A program made the position numbers and the translations under genes. Below are positions 27,600-36,224 of a stretch of 37,157 bases of DNA, piece by piece. The stretch covers positions 1 through 37,157 of the forward strand of contig OMSQ01000023.1 of assembly GCA_900313805.1 (NCBI GenBank), given 5' to 3'. How positions within the stretch are numbered: the stretch's first letter is position 1; each line of letters opens with the position of its first letter. The stretch comes from an uncultured Prevotella sp. GTDB taxonomy: Bacteria > Bacteroidota > Bacteroidia > Bacteroidales > Bacteroidaceae. The notes under the pieces were generated by a model. The model saw nothing but the letters and a program-made list of their open reading frames with translations, was not told the origin of the DNA and made no database searches.

Positions 27600-29594
27600 T
27601 TATTTCTGTTTCTTCACGCGTGTGGCGTAGATGAAGTATGCTATCAGCAGTATGTAGGCTCCCAGGGCGCAGAGCTCGGAGAGCGGGTTGGCGAGCCACT
27701 GGGCGTCGATGAAGTCGATGCCACCGAACTTGAGCAGGGCACTCACCACGCCCATCAGGGCACCACCGGCTATGAATCCGCTGGCTATGAGCGTGCCCTT
27801 CTCGCCACGTGCCTTGTTCACCTCCTCGTCCTTGCTGCGGGTGGTGACATACCAGTTCACGGCTCCGCCCACCAGTAGGGGGATGTTGAGTTCCAAGGGT
27901 ATGAACATGCCCAGGGCGAAGGCCAGGGCAGGCACCTTGCACAGGGTGAGCACGATGGCCAGCACTGCACCTATGGCATAGAGCAGCCAGGGAGCACCCA
28001 CTCCGTTCATCAGCGGGTCGATGACAGCTGCCATGGCGTTGGCCTGGGGAGCCGCTATCTCGCCACCGGCGAAGTCGTAGGTGGCATTGAGCAGCATCAT
28101 CACACCACCCACGGTGGCTGCCGACACCAGTATGCCGAGGAACTTATAGCGCTCCTGCACACGAGGGGTGGAACCCAGCCAGTAGCCTATCTTCAGGTCG
28201 GTGATGAACGAGCCGGCCACGGAGAGGGCGGTGCACACCACGCCACCCATGATCAGGGCGGCCACCATGCCGGCAGTGCCGTCCAGTCCCACGGCCACCA
28301 TCACCACTGAGGCCAGGATGAGGGTCATCAGCGTCATGCCCGACACGGGGTTGCTGCCCACGATGGCTATGGCGTTGGCAGCCACGGTGGTGAAGAGGAA
28401 GGCAATGACGGTGACCAGCAGTATGCCCACGATGGCGAATAGCAGGTTGCCGTCCATCACACCAAGCCAGAAGAACACGAAGGTGATGAGGATGGTGGCC
28501 ACGGCACCTATGGCTATGATGCGGAAAGAGAGGTCGCGCTGTGTGCGCTTCACCTCCTCAGCCTCGCCGCCCTTGCCGCGCATCTCCTTGGCAGCCAGTC
28601 CCACGGCACTCTTGATGATGCCCCATGAGCGTACTATGCCTATGATGCCTGCCATGGCTATGCCGCCTATGCCTATGCTCTTGCCGTAGGCCTTGAAGAT
28701 GGCCTCGGCACTCATGTCGCCCACAGCAGTGGTGATGGTGGGATCCCACATGTTGAGCACCTGGTCGTGGAAGAGGATGCTCATGCCAGGCACTATCAGC
28801 CACCAGACGGCCAGCGAACCCAGACAGATGATGAGGGCGTATTTCAGGCCGATGATATATCCCAGTCCTAATACGGCGGCACCCGTGTTCACCTTGAACA
28901 CCAGTTTGAACTTGTCGGCGATGGTGGCACCGAAGTCGACCATGCGTGTGGTTACCACCTCGTTCCACCAGCCAAAGGAGGCCACGATGAAGTCGTACAG
29001 TCCACCTATCACGCCGGCCAGCAGCAGGGGCTTGGCCTGACTGCCGCCCTTGGCCCCGGAGATGAGTACCTGCGTGGTGGCTGTGGCCTCGGGGAAGGGG
29101 TATTTGCCGTGCATGTCCTTGACGAAATACTTACGGAAGGGGATGAGAAAGAGGATGCCTATGATGCCGCCCAGGAGGGAGGAGAGAAACACCTTCTCAA
29201 ACGATGCCGTCATGTCGGGGTATTTGGCCTGAAGTATGTAGATGGCGGGCAGGGTGAAGATGGCACCTGCCACCACGGCTCCCGAGCAGGCGCCGATGCT
29301 CTGGATGATGACGTTCTGTCCCAGCGCACTCTTGCTCTTGCGCAGGGTGCTCACACCTACGGCGATGATGGCTATGGGGATGGCGGCCTCGAACACCTGC
29401 CCAACCTTCAGCCCCAGATAGGCAGCGGCGGCGGAGAAGAGCACGGCCATGAGGATACCCCATGTCACCGACCAGCCCGTGGCCTCGGGATACTCACGGT
29501 CGGCACTCATCACAGGCTCGTATTCCTCGCCTGCGTGCAACTCACGAAACGCGTTGTCGGGCAACTGCATCTGTTCTCTTTCTTTGTCTTTCAT
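27600..29594 (-). CDS. Oligopeptide transporter, OPT family
   Basis: YLGLKVG, AIFTLPA, PFPEATA, NPVSGMTL, DLKIGYWLG and APQANAM motifs. Confidence 0.92.
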   Translation of the reverse strand: MKDKEREQMQLPDNAFRELHAGEEYEPVMSADREYPEATGWSVTWGILMAVLFSAAAAYLGLKVGQVFEAAIPIAIIAVGVSTLRKSKSALGQNVIIQSIGACSGAVVAGAIFTLPAIYILQAKYPDMTASFEKVFLSSLLGGIIGILFLIPFRKYFVKDMHGKYPFPEATATTQVLISGAKGGSQAKPLLLAGVIGGLYDFIVASFGWWNEVVTTRMVDFGATIADKFKLVFKVNTGAAVLGLGYIIGLKYALIICLGSLAVWWLIVPGMSILFHDQVLNMWDPTITTAVGDMSAEAIFKAYGKSIGIGGIAMAGIIGIVRSWGIIKSAVGLAAKEMRGKGGEAEEVKRTQRDLSFRIIAIGAVATILITFVFFWLGVMDGNLLFAIVGILLVTVIAFLFTTVAANAIAIVGSNPVSGMTLMTLILASVVMVAVGLDGTAGMVAALIMGGVVCTALSVAGSFITDLKIGYWLGSTPRVQERYKFLGILVSAATVGGVMMLLNATYDFAGGEIAAPQANAMAAVIDPLMNGVGAPWLLYAIGAVLAIVLTLCKVPALAFALGMFIPLELNIPLLVGGAVNWYVTTRSKDEEVNKARGEKGTLIASGFIAGGALMGVVSALLKFGGIDFIDAQWLANPLSELCALGAYILLIAYFIYATRVKKQK

Positions 29595-29667
29595 TATCTT
29601 TAGGTTTTTTGTTCCGGTTTGTCTAAGCCTCTTGCTGTCTTTTGTCTCGCCTCTTCCCCTCTTGTCC

Positions 29668-30000
29668 CTATTTCGGCTTGCGCTGGCGCAGCATCTTCAG
29701 CCAGGCATAGTGGCGGCGGTGCTTCAGGTAGTCCAGGTCGTTCATGTGACGATAGGCCTCGCGCTCCATGGACAGCGAGAAGTAGGCATTGCCGCGCATG
29801 GGCAGGCGTATAAGCCACTCTATCAGGTACCATAGGTAGAAGGGCAGAAAGAGCATCTCCCGCATCTGTGCCGTGTGTATGCGCTCATGGTTGATGAGTT
29901 GGGGGGTGATGTGGGTGTCGTGGCGGCAGAAGAGAAAGCCAAACAGGTTAATGGCATCATACTGCGGAGCCGGCAGGAAGCGGTTGCGTACTACCTTCAT
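29668..30000 (-). CDS. Small conserved hypothetical protein with HExxH motif
   Basis: NHERIH..Q..E, FYLWY..EW and EREAY; start at ATG 30000, downstream of the -7 box at 30022-30029. Confidence 0.75.
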   Translation of the reverse strand: MKVVRNRFLPAPQYDAINLFGFLFCRHDTHITPQLINHERIHTAQMREMLFLPFYLWYLIEWLIRLPMRGNAYFSLSMEREAYRHMNDLDYLKHRRHYAWLKMLRQRKPK

Positions 30001-30078
30001 GCTACTATACGTAAAACGCTGCAAAAGTACAAAAATGTGAGCAAAAAATATAATGTTGATGATTTTCTTTTCATAAAA

Positions 30079-30109
30079 TTTGCAGGAAAGAAAAAAACAT
30101 GTACCTTTG
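30079..30109 (+). promoter_or_regulatory. Sigma-A promoter of ssrA
   Basis: tttg at 30079-30082 and tacctttg at 30102-30109, 19-bp spacer. Confidence 0.75.
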
Positions 30110-30157
30110 CAGTCCGTACTAAAATGACCTGCCATCAGCGGATGGTACCAATAACAT

Positions 30158-30557
30158 GGGGTTGACTGGATTTGACAGCGGGTTGAGATGGTACGTAAGC
30201 ACGCGGAGTGAAGACTGTATACTCCTAAAACCTACCGGTCAAAAAATTAATTGGCAACAACAAGTATGCTCTCGCTGCTTGATCGAAGTACAGTAGATCA
30301 CTTGCTTAATTCCGTCACCAGGTGATGGAACGAGACGTCGCTCAGGACAGTGTGGACCCGAACGGTTCTGGTGTAGCGGCGCAGTCTTCTCGGGAATAGC
30401 CGGCGGAACGCCCCGTGCTGACGGTGAAAATTTAGGGGATAAGGTTGCGGTTGGTGGTCCAGGTCTTGCCGTAGCACGAAAACCAAAGTCTGGAATAAGC
30501 GTGTAGAAAGCGTATGGTTTCCTCGTTTGGACGCGGGTTCGACTCCCGCCAGCTCCA
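30158..30557 (+). ncRNA. ssrA: tmRNA; tag (A)GNNKYALAA at 30253-30282
   Basis: 5' GGGGUUGA..GGAUUUGAC; 3' GGUUCGACUCCCGCCAGCUCCA T-arm and acceptor; G3-U pair; YALAA tag; CCA not encoded. Confidence 0.96.
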
Positions 30558-30562
30558 CACTT

Positions 30563-30610
30563 ACGCATTGAGCGCCGCCCGAAAGGAGCGGCGCTCAATG
30601 CGTTTATTTA
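30563..30610. terminator. Terminator between convergent ssrA and pepD
   Basis: Perfect 16-bp stem acgcattgagcgccgc(30563-78)/gcggcgctcaatgcgt(30588-603) followed by ttattta. Confidence 0.8.
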
Positions 30611-30611
30611 T

Positions 30612-32036
30612 TTATGCCATCCGTCGCAGCAGCTCGATGAGCACTCGCCAGATATCGTCGATGGTGCTCAACTCCACGCGCTCGCTGGTGGAGTGGGGCT
30701 CCACTATGCGCGGCCCGATGCTTGCTATCTGTATGTTAGGGTAGTGCTCCACGAAGAAACCCGCCTCGAGCACGAAGTGCATCGCCACCATGCGGGGACG
30801 CCAGCCCAGCACATCCTGAAACGTGTCGGACGTGAGTTGCAAGAATGTCGACTGCTGGTCCTCCTGCCACGCGGGAGCCGACATCACCGTCTCGCTGTTG
30901 CCGCCACAGGCAGCAAACACACTGGCTATCTCGTGACTGAGCGCCGCCATGTCGCCATCTATGAAACTGCGGGTGTGGGTGGACACGAAGATGCTGCCCT
31001 CTTCCGTCATGATGCGCCCTATGTTGTTAGAGGTTTCAACCGTGCCCTTCATCGTTTCGCTCATCTTCACCACACCCTGTGGTATCTGTCCGATACACGA
31101 CAAAAGAGCCGTGAAGGCCTCACGGTTGACTACCGTCTTCTGTGCCTCACACCCGCTGATTGTACAGCGCATGTCGGGGTCGGTGGCGGCAAAACGGTCG
31201 TGCAGCCAGCTGTTTGTCTCATCCTCGCAGCGCTTTGCTACCTCGCCGTCGGCAGACGGGATGCAGACCACCATCTCTGCCGATGAGGCGATAGAGGCGT
31301 TGGCCTCACCAATGTTTATAGAGGCGATATCGATATCGTGTTCCTTGCTGATAGCTGACAGGAGTCGATGTGCTGCCACCACGGCGCTGCAGCGGTTTTT
31401 GTTGATGTCCACGCCCGAGTGTCCGCCCAGTCCGCCATCGAATCGTATGCAGTACCAGTTGCCTTTGGGGGCAGGCTTGTGCTCCATGGGTATGCGGTGA
31501 AACTGCAGGCAGGCTCCGGCGGCACCGGTGGTGATGGTGTCGTAGTCCTCAGAGTCGAGGTTGATGACCTTGCGCCCCTTGAGGAAGTCCTCGCTCAACT
31601 GCGAGGCTCCTGACATGCCGTCCTCCTCATTGGTGGTGGTGATGACCTCCATCGGTCCGTGCACTATCTCGTCGCTCTCCAACACCGCCAGAGCCATCGA
31701 CAGTCCTATGCCGTTGTCAGCGCCCAGCGATGTGCCGCGAGCCTTCATCCATCCGTCCTCCACGTATGCCTCGATGGGCGTGTTGAGCGGGTCGCTCATG
31801 CCCACGCATACCATGTCCATGTGGTTGAGCAGCACCACAGGCTCAGCCCCTTCGTGCCCAGGGGTGGCGGGCTTGCTGATGACCACACAGTTCTCTGCAT
31901 CACGCTTGTAAGGCAGATGCAGACGCTCTGCAAACTCACAAAGGTAGTCGGCCACCCGCTCTTCATGGTGTGACGGGCGCGGTATCTGGTTCAGTTCACT
32001 GAATATCTGAAAAACACGTTCTGTAGTTGGGTTCAT
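30612..32036 (-). CDS. pepD: Aminoacyl-histidine (beta-Ala-His) dipeptidase, M20C
   Basis: IPRPS..E, HMDMV, LGADNGIG, EEDG, NLDSED, GGHSG.DI, ETSNN and HS..E motifs. Confidence 0.85.
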   Translation of the reverse strand: MNPTTERVFQIFSELNQIPRPSHHEERVADYLCEFAERLHLPYKRDAENCVVISKPATPGHEGAEPVVLLNHMDMVCVGMSDPLNTPIEAYVEDGWMKARGTSLGADNGIGLSMALAVLESDEIVHGPMEVITTTNEEDGMSGASQLSEDFLKGRKVINLDSEDYDTITTGAAGACLQFHRIPMEHKPAPKGNWYCIRFDGGLGGHSGVDINKNRCSAVVAAHRLLSAISKEHDIDIASINIGEANASIASSAEMVVCIPSADGEVAKRCEDETNSWLHDRFAATDPDMRCTISGCEAQKTVVNREAFTALLSCIGQIPQGVVKMSETMKGTVETSNNIGRIMTEEGSIFVSTHTRSFIDGDMAALSHEIASVFAACGGNSETVMSAPAWQEDQQSTFLQLTSDTFQDVLGWRPRMVAMHFVLEAGFFVEHYPNIQIASIGPRIVEPHSTSERVELSTIDDIWRVLIELLRRMA

Positions 32037-32067
32037 TTTGTTTGATTTTAGTATTTAAACAGATGTG

Positions 32068-32177
32068 CAAAAATAGTATAAAAACCCCATAAATCCTAAA
32101 ATAGGTCAAATAATTGCAAAAAAAATCCAAAAACGAAGTGCCGTTGAAACGTCTACGGAAAATGATGCGTACCTTTG
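32068..32177. promoter_or_regulatory. Divergent -7 boxes for pepD (-) and the SGNH gene (+)
   Basis: Minus-strand tatttttg at 32068-32075; plus-strand tacctttg at 32170-32177. Confidence 0.6.
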
Positions 32178-32191
32178 CACCCGAGAACTAA

Positions 32192-33019
32192 ATGAGGATA
32201 ATGAAAAGAATAACATTTCTGATGACTACGCTCATCGCCATGATGATGGGCACACACACAGCACAGGCACAGATAGAGGTGGAACTTGACCCCGCAGACC
32301 AGGCCGTGCTCAGACAAATGCAAATGGAAAGTGAGATTGACAGCATAGTGATGGAGATAAACCGCAGTGCCGGACTCATCAGTGAGATGAGTGAGAAGAA
32401 GGAGGCTGCTGCCGACACCTCCTCACAGCGCATACTGCTCTTCGGCGACAGCATGCTCGACGGCATTGGACGACGCATGCAGGATTATGCCGACCACAAC
32501 GGACATTCTCTGTACACCAGCATCTGGTACGGCTCTACCGTGCACTCATGGGCAAGAACCACCGAACTGGAACGACTGATGGAGAAGGTGAAGCCCACAT
32601 TCGTCATCATCAGTCTGGGAACCAACGACCTGGGTTACCACGACCTGCAGGCACGTGCACAGAGCGTACATGAGATACTGCGCGTAGTGGGCGATGTGCC
32701 CTACGTGTGGATTGGCCCTGCCAAACTGCCACGTCTGAACAAGGACTTCGGCATCGTGGGCATGCTGCGCGAGAATGTTGGTGATAACCTCTTTTATGAT
32801 AGTTACAACATGCGACTGGCCCGCTTCCCCGACAATGTGCACCCCACCTTTGCCGCCAGCGCCACATGGATAGACCGCGTGGCAGAATGGATGACCCGTC
32901 CTGGAGCCCCACACGCCATCCGCATGGACAAACCCGACCATCAGGCAAAGTTCAGAAACTACGAGACTCACAGCCCCCGCTACAAAGGCACTCCCAAAGG
33001 CGGACAGGCTTGCAGATAA
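32192..33019 (+). CDS. Secreted SGNH/GDSL hydrolase family protein
   Basis: Signal peptide; FGDSM (block I), LGTND (block III), DNVHP (block V); alternative start at 32201. Confidence 0.85.
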   Translation: MRIMKRITFLMTTLIAMMMGTHTAQAQIEVELDPADQAVLRQMQMESEIDSIVMEINRSAGLISEMSEKKEAAADTSSQRILLFGDSMLDGIGRRMQDYADHNGHSLYTSIWYGSTVHSWARTTELERLMEKVKPTFVIISLGTNDLGYHDLQARAQSVHEILRVVGDVPYVWIGPAKLPRLNKDFGIVGMLRENVGDNLFYDSYNMRLARFPDNVHPTFAASATWIDRVAEWMTRPGAPHAIRMDKPDHQAKFRNYETHSPRYKGTPKGGQACR

Positions 33020-33061
33020 AAAAATCCAAATCGTTCAACATGGCGATTTGGATTTTTTTTT
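33018..33061. terminator. Intrinsic terminator (bidirectional shape)
   Basis: aaaaaaatccaaatcg...cgatttggattttttttt. Confidence 0.8.
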
Positions 33062-33259
33062 GCTATTGATTAGCGCGAATGCACTCCCATTGCAACGCAG
33101 GAACAGTGAGATTTTTATTGGGTTTAGTTTTTGAAAAATAAGGTTCCTGCGCAAAATTATCTTTTCTGCGCAAATGGTTTTTGCAGATTTTAGTTGTCGT
33201 ATTGGTATTTAGGTAGAATAAACTTAATTTTGCGCTCAAAAAACTAAACTGTGCATTTC

Positions 33260-33409
33260 ATGACAGGAGCACATATACTTATCGCAAGCGTCATAATTGT
33301 GTTCGTGATAGCTTTTATTATCACGGAGCAACTCAAGCAAATTCCTGTCATCGGCAACGCTAGTCATGCGTTTCTTCGGTGCCCACAACTGGGAAAGTCT
33401 GAAAGCTAA
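33260..33409 (+). CDS. Unannotated 49-aa single-TM small protein (or acyltransferase C-terminal remnant)
   Basis: MTGAHILIASVIIVFVIAFIITEQLKQIPVIGNASHAFLRCPQLGKSES*; -7 box taattttg at 33225-33232; A-rich leader; downstream terminator. Confidence 0.5.
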   Translation: MTGAHILIASVIIVFVIAFIITEQLKQIPVIGNASHAFLRCPQLGKSES

Positions 33410-33480
33410 GATGAATGGAAAAGAACTTGCCACCTGCATGAATGTAATAGAAATACAATAAAAGCTATTTCCTAAACCAT

Positions 33481-33527
33481 TGCCTCACTCTTCGTCTGAT
33501 TAACAGCGAAAAGTGAGGCATTTTTAT
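33481..33527 (+). terminator. Intrinsic terminator between the small ORF and the hip kinase
   Basis: tgcctcact(33481-89)/agtgaggca(33512-20) with inner ttcg/cgaa, followed by ttttta. Confidence 0.65.
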
Positions 33528-33578
33528 ATGGGAAGAAAAAACTCGTTCATTCGCATATCATTTTTGCTCCTTCCGCGT

Positions 33579-34586
33579 TTATTCAGACTCTCGAATGAAT
33601 CTCATTCTCCTTTCTTCAATCACCCGCTTGTAACTGCGCTTCATCTTGTCGTTGAGGAAAGAACGACCAATGAGATTATAAGTCATTTCGGGTATTTCCA
33701 TAAACATGTCAAGAATTATACTTGCACGTTTCTTTGGCAAACCAATTCTTTCAGCAAATCGTTCAAAGTCCAATCGGCAAGGATGTCCTGAACTGTCGTA
33801 CACGTTGCTCTTTTCAATATCTGGAGAGAGACCGTCCTGAAGCCCCAAGTCATTTCCGCTTTGAATATGAACAGATGTGTTTATGAGATCGTAAGCCGGA
33901 GCCAGAAAATATTCGCCTTCTTTGTGCAAAAGAGAGAAATTTTTCATGTGAGCATCCTCATTCCCAAACATGTAGTTAAATACCACCAGTCGGAAAAACT
34001 GTTCTACCTGGGGCATCCAGGCAGGAACATACTTCCTTATGACATCGGCTATCTGAGCATAGCTCCCATTATATTTGAAATTGCTGTCACTCCCATCTTC
34101 GATTATTTGGAGGATAGATGCAAAATCCTCCTGTAAGCAATCTTTTACACCATTTGTCACATCAAACCGTTTCGTGATATAAACAGGTTGACCGCTCTTG
34201 CTAAAGCACAAACCATTCGCTGCTGTACGTATTCCATACACTTGCGCTGCTATCTGCATCGTCAGGTGTTCGTTTGCTGGTATCTGCTTCCGAGTTGACA
34301 GACTCAAATTGAATGGCGCAGGTTTTAGAATATATGTCGCCTGTTCCCACTTGTTACTCAGACGTATTGAACCGTTGTCAATCACTGCTGAGAATTTTTC
34401 CTGCGCTCCGGATATTGACATGTTTTTCATGTTTTCAAGAGCCTGCTGCTGGTCATGCTCGCTTTCAAAGTTGATTCCAATTATTGGAGACACATGTGCT
34501 CCGTCAAAAAGTATCTTGATGGCACGCGGTGAATAGTCAGAAAACCCTGTCATCAAAGTAGATGGACAAACATTTATTGCTTTCAT
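33579..34586 (-). CDS. HipA/HipT-type Ser/Thr kinase toxin (lacks the HipA N-terminal domain)
   Basis: MSISGAQEK, YILKP, NEHLTM, KRFD, QEDF, GNEDAHMKNFS and LAPAYDL motifs. Confidence 0.92.
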   Translation of the reverse strand: MKAINVCPSTLMTGFSDYSPRAIKILFDGAHVSPIIGINFESEHDQQQALENMKNMSISGAQEKFSAVIDNGSIRLSNKWEQATYILKPAPFNLSLSTRKQIPANEHLTMQIAAQVYGIRTAANGLCFSKSGQPVYITKRFDVTNGVKDCLQEDFASILQIIEDGSDSNFKYNGSYAQIADVIRKYVPAWMPQVEQFFRLVVFNYMFGNEDAHMKNFSLLHKEGEYFLAPAYDLINTSVHIQSGNDLGLQDGLSPDIEKSNVYDSSGHPCRLDFERFAERIGLPKKRASIILDMFMEIPEMTYNLIGRSFLNDKMKRSYKRVIEERRMRFIRESE

Positions 34587-34909
34587 TTCTCAGCCCTTTT
34601 TAATACAAACTTTCCTATTGCATCCATGTCGCAAATCATCTCAAGCATGCCAAAGAAGTCGTTCTCGTCTACTTTCATAAACCTGCATAGTGCCCGACGA
34701 TTAGCTCCTTCTGGCAACATATTAGTGAATACAGGGAAAATATGGTCGGAACGATAAACTTTCTGACTCTTGGGCAGATTCACCGATACTGGTGGTGTGC
34801 TGTCGTCTGCTAAAAAAGCATCATCGTAAGTGAACACATAGCTGCCTTTTGACAGTTCAACGAGTTGACCAGCAAAGACATCTCCATAATAAACATCTAC
34901 TTTCCTCAT
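34583..34909 (-). CDS. HipA N-terminal-domain protein (HipS-like antitoxin)
   Basis: AGQL, YVFTYD, VSVNLP and F.NMLPEG motifs; ATGA-coupled to the kinase. Confidence 0.88.
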   Translation of the reverse strand: MRKVDVYYGDVFAGQLVELSKGSYVFTYDDAFLADDSTPPVSVNLPKSQKVYRSDHIFPVFTNMLPEGANRRALCRFMKVDENDFFGMLEMICDMDAIGKFVLKRAEK

Positions 34910-34917
34910 AGTCTAAA

Positions 34918-35121
34918 TCATTTCACCGTCTGTTTCACTTGAAAGATCATTTCCAATCCTACTACTTCCAGGATTTTCTTTAGTGTTTCTAATGATGGGT
35001 TGCCGACACCGCGCTCCAAATCCTTTATTGTGGAGATACCCACACCAGAATAATCCGATAGGTCTTGTTGGGAAATTCCCAGCAAAGCCCTACGCTCCTT
35101 GATAATCGTTCCTACATCCAT
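34918..35121 (-). CDS. HipB-like Xre/HTH_3 transcriptional regulator
   Basis: IKERR..LGISQQDLS..SGV..STI..LERG.GNPSL.TL. Confidence 0.9.
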   Translation of the reverse strand: MDVGTIIKERRALLGISQQDLSDYSGVGISTIKDLERGVGNPSLETLKKILEVVGLEMIFQVKQTVK

Positions 35122-35123
35122 AC

Positions 35124-35209
35124 AAGTATGATATATCGTACTTTTGGGTGCAAAGATAGCATATTTTTAGAAAAACAACAAGGAAAGTATGATTTATCGT
35201 ACTTTCCTT
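35124..35209 (-). promoter_or_regulatory. hip promoter with two palindromic operators
   Basis: aagtatgatatatcgtactt (35124-43) and aagtatgatttatcgtactt (35185-204) flank the minus-strand -7 box tatctttg (35151-58). Confidence 0.8.
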
Positions 35210-36203
35210 ATCTGAATGAATCGGTGAGCAGCTTTATCTCTACTTGCGGACTGATGCGCTCGTAGAGGATGTTGTAGACGGCGTCTAGGATGGGCATATT
35301 AACGTGCATGCGGCGGTTGATCTCCTTCATGCACTTCGTGCCGAAGAACCCTTCGGCTATCATCTCCATCTCTATCTGAGCACTCTTCACACTGTAGCCC
35401 TTGCCTATCATCGTGCCAAACACACGGTTGCGCGAAAAATTGCTATAGCCCGTCACCAGCAGGTCGCCCAGATACACGCTGTCGTACACCTGACGCTCCT
35501 GCGGCTGTATGGCATTGAGGAAGCGCTGCATCTCCTGCACGGCATTCGACATGAGCACCGCCTGGAAGTTGTCGCCGTACTTCAGTCCGCTGCATATACC
35601 CGCTGCTATGGCATACACGTTCTTCAACACAGAAGAGTATTCTATGCCCAGCACATCGGTAGAGGTCTTGGTCTTGATGAAACTGCTGCCCAGCACCTGT
35701 GTGAAAGCCTCGGCCTTTTCGGGGTCGCTGCAGCCCACGGTGAGGTATGACAGACGCTCCAGGGCTACCTCCTCGGCATGCGACGGACCGCCGATGCACG
35801 CCAGATGGTCGTAGGGCACATCGTACACATGATGGAAATACTCCGAGCAGACCAGGTTCTCATCGGGCACGATGCCCTTGATGGCAGTGATGATGAACTT
35901 GTCCGTTATGCGGGTCTTGAGTTTGCGAAGATGGTTCTTCAGGTAGGGTGAGGGGGTGACAAACACAAGGGTGTCGTAAGCCTGCACCACCTTGTTGATG
36001 TCGCTCGAGAAGAATAGCTCGTCGGTATTGAAATGAACGCTGGTGAGATAGGCGGGGTTGTGGCTCATGCGCAGGAAGTCCTGAATACGGTCGTCGCGCC
36101 GCATGTACCAGCCAATGTGGTGAGTGTGTCCCACCACAATCTTGGCTATGGCTGTTGCCCAACTGCCACCGCCGATGATGGCTATCTTTCCGCAGTCAAA
36201 CAA
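35208..36203 (-). CDS. gpsA: NAD(P)H-dependent glycerol-3-phosphate dehydrogenase
   Basis: GGGSWATA, GPSHAEE, KNVYAIAAG, GDLLVT..S..SRN and AEG motifs; TTG start. Confidence 0.95.
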   Translation of the reverse strand: MFDCGKIAIIGGGSWATAIAKIVVGHTHHIGWYMRRDDRIQDFLRMSHNPAYLTSVHFNTDELFFSSDINKVVQAYDTLVFVTPSPYLKNHLRKLKTRITDKFIITAIKGIVPDENLVCSEYFHHVYDVPYDHLACIGGPSHAEEVALERLSYLTVGCSDPEKAEAFTQVLGSSFIKTKTSTDVLGIEYSSVLKNVYAIAAGICSGLKYGDNFQAVLMSNAVQEMQRFLNAIQPQERQVYDSVYLGDLLVTGYSNFSRNRVFGTMIGKGYSVKSAQIEMEMIAEGFFGTKCMKEINRRMHVNMPILDAVYNILYERISPQVEIKLLTDSFR

Positions 36204-36224
36204 AGGTTCGTGCCTTTCTCGTTA

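Noticed and set aside
29600-29667. Pyrimidine-rich quasi-repeat upstream of the OPT gene
   Set aside because: Too degenerate to define a repeat unit.
30239-30598. ORFs antisense to the tmRNA
   Set aside because: They lie opposite a well-supported structural RNA.
33236-33439. 67-aa minus-strand ORF from the track
   Set aside because: The promoter box, leader and terminator all favour the overlapping plus-strand 49-aa ORF.
30500-33600. Prophage or integrative element at the tmRNA 3' end
   Set aside because: No integrase and no duplicated ssrA 3' end seen; ssrA is followed directly by its terminator and pepD.
33579-34909. Frameshifted hipA pseudogene
   Set aside because: Clean ATGA coupling, separate starts and intact motifs match the known split HipS/HipT architecture.
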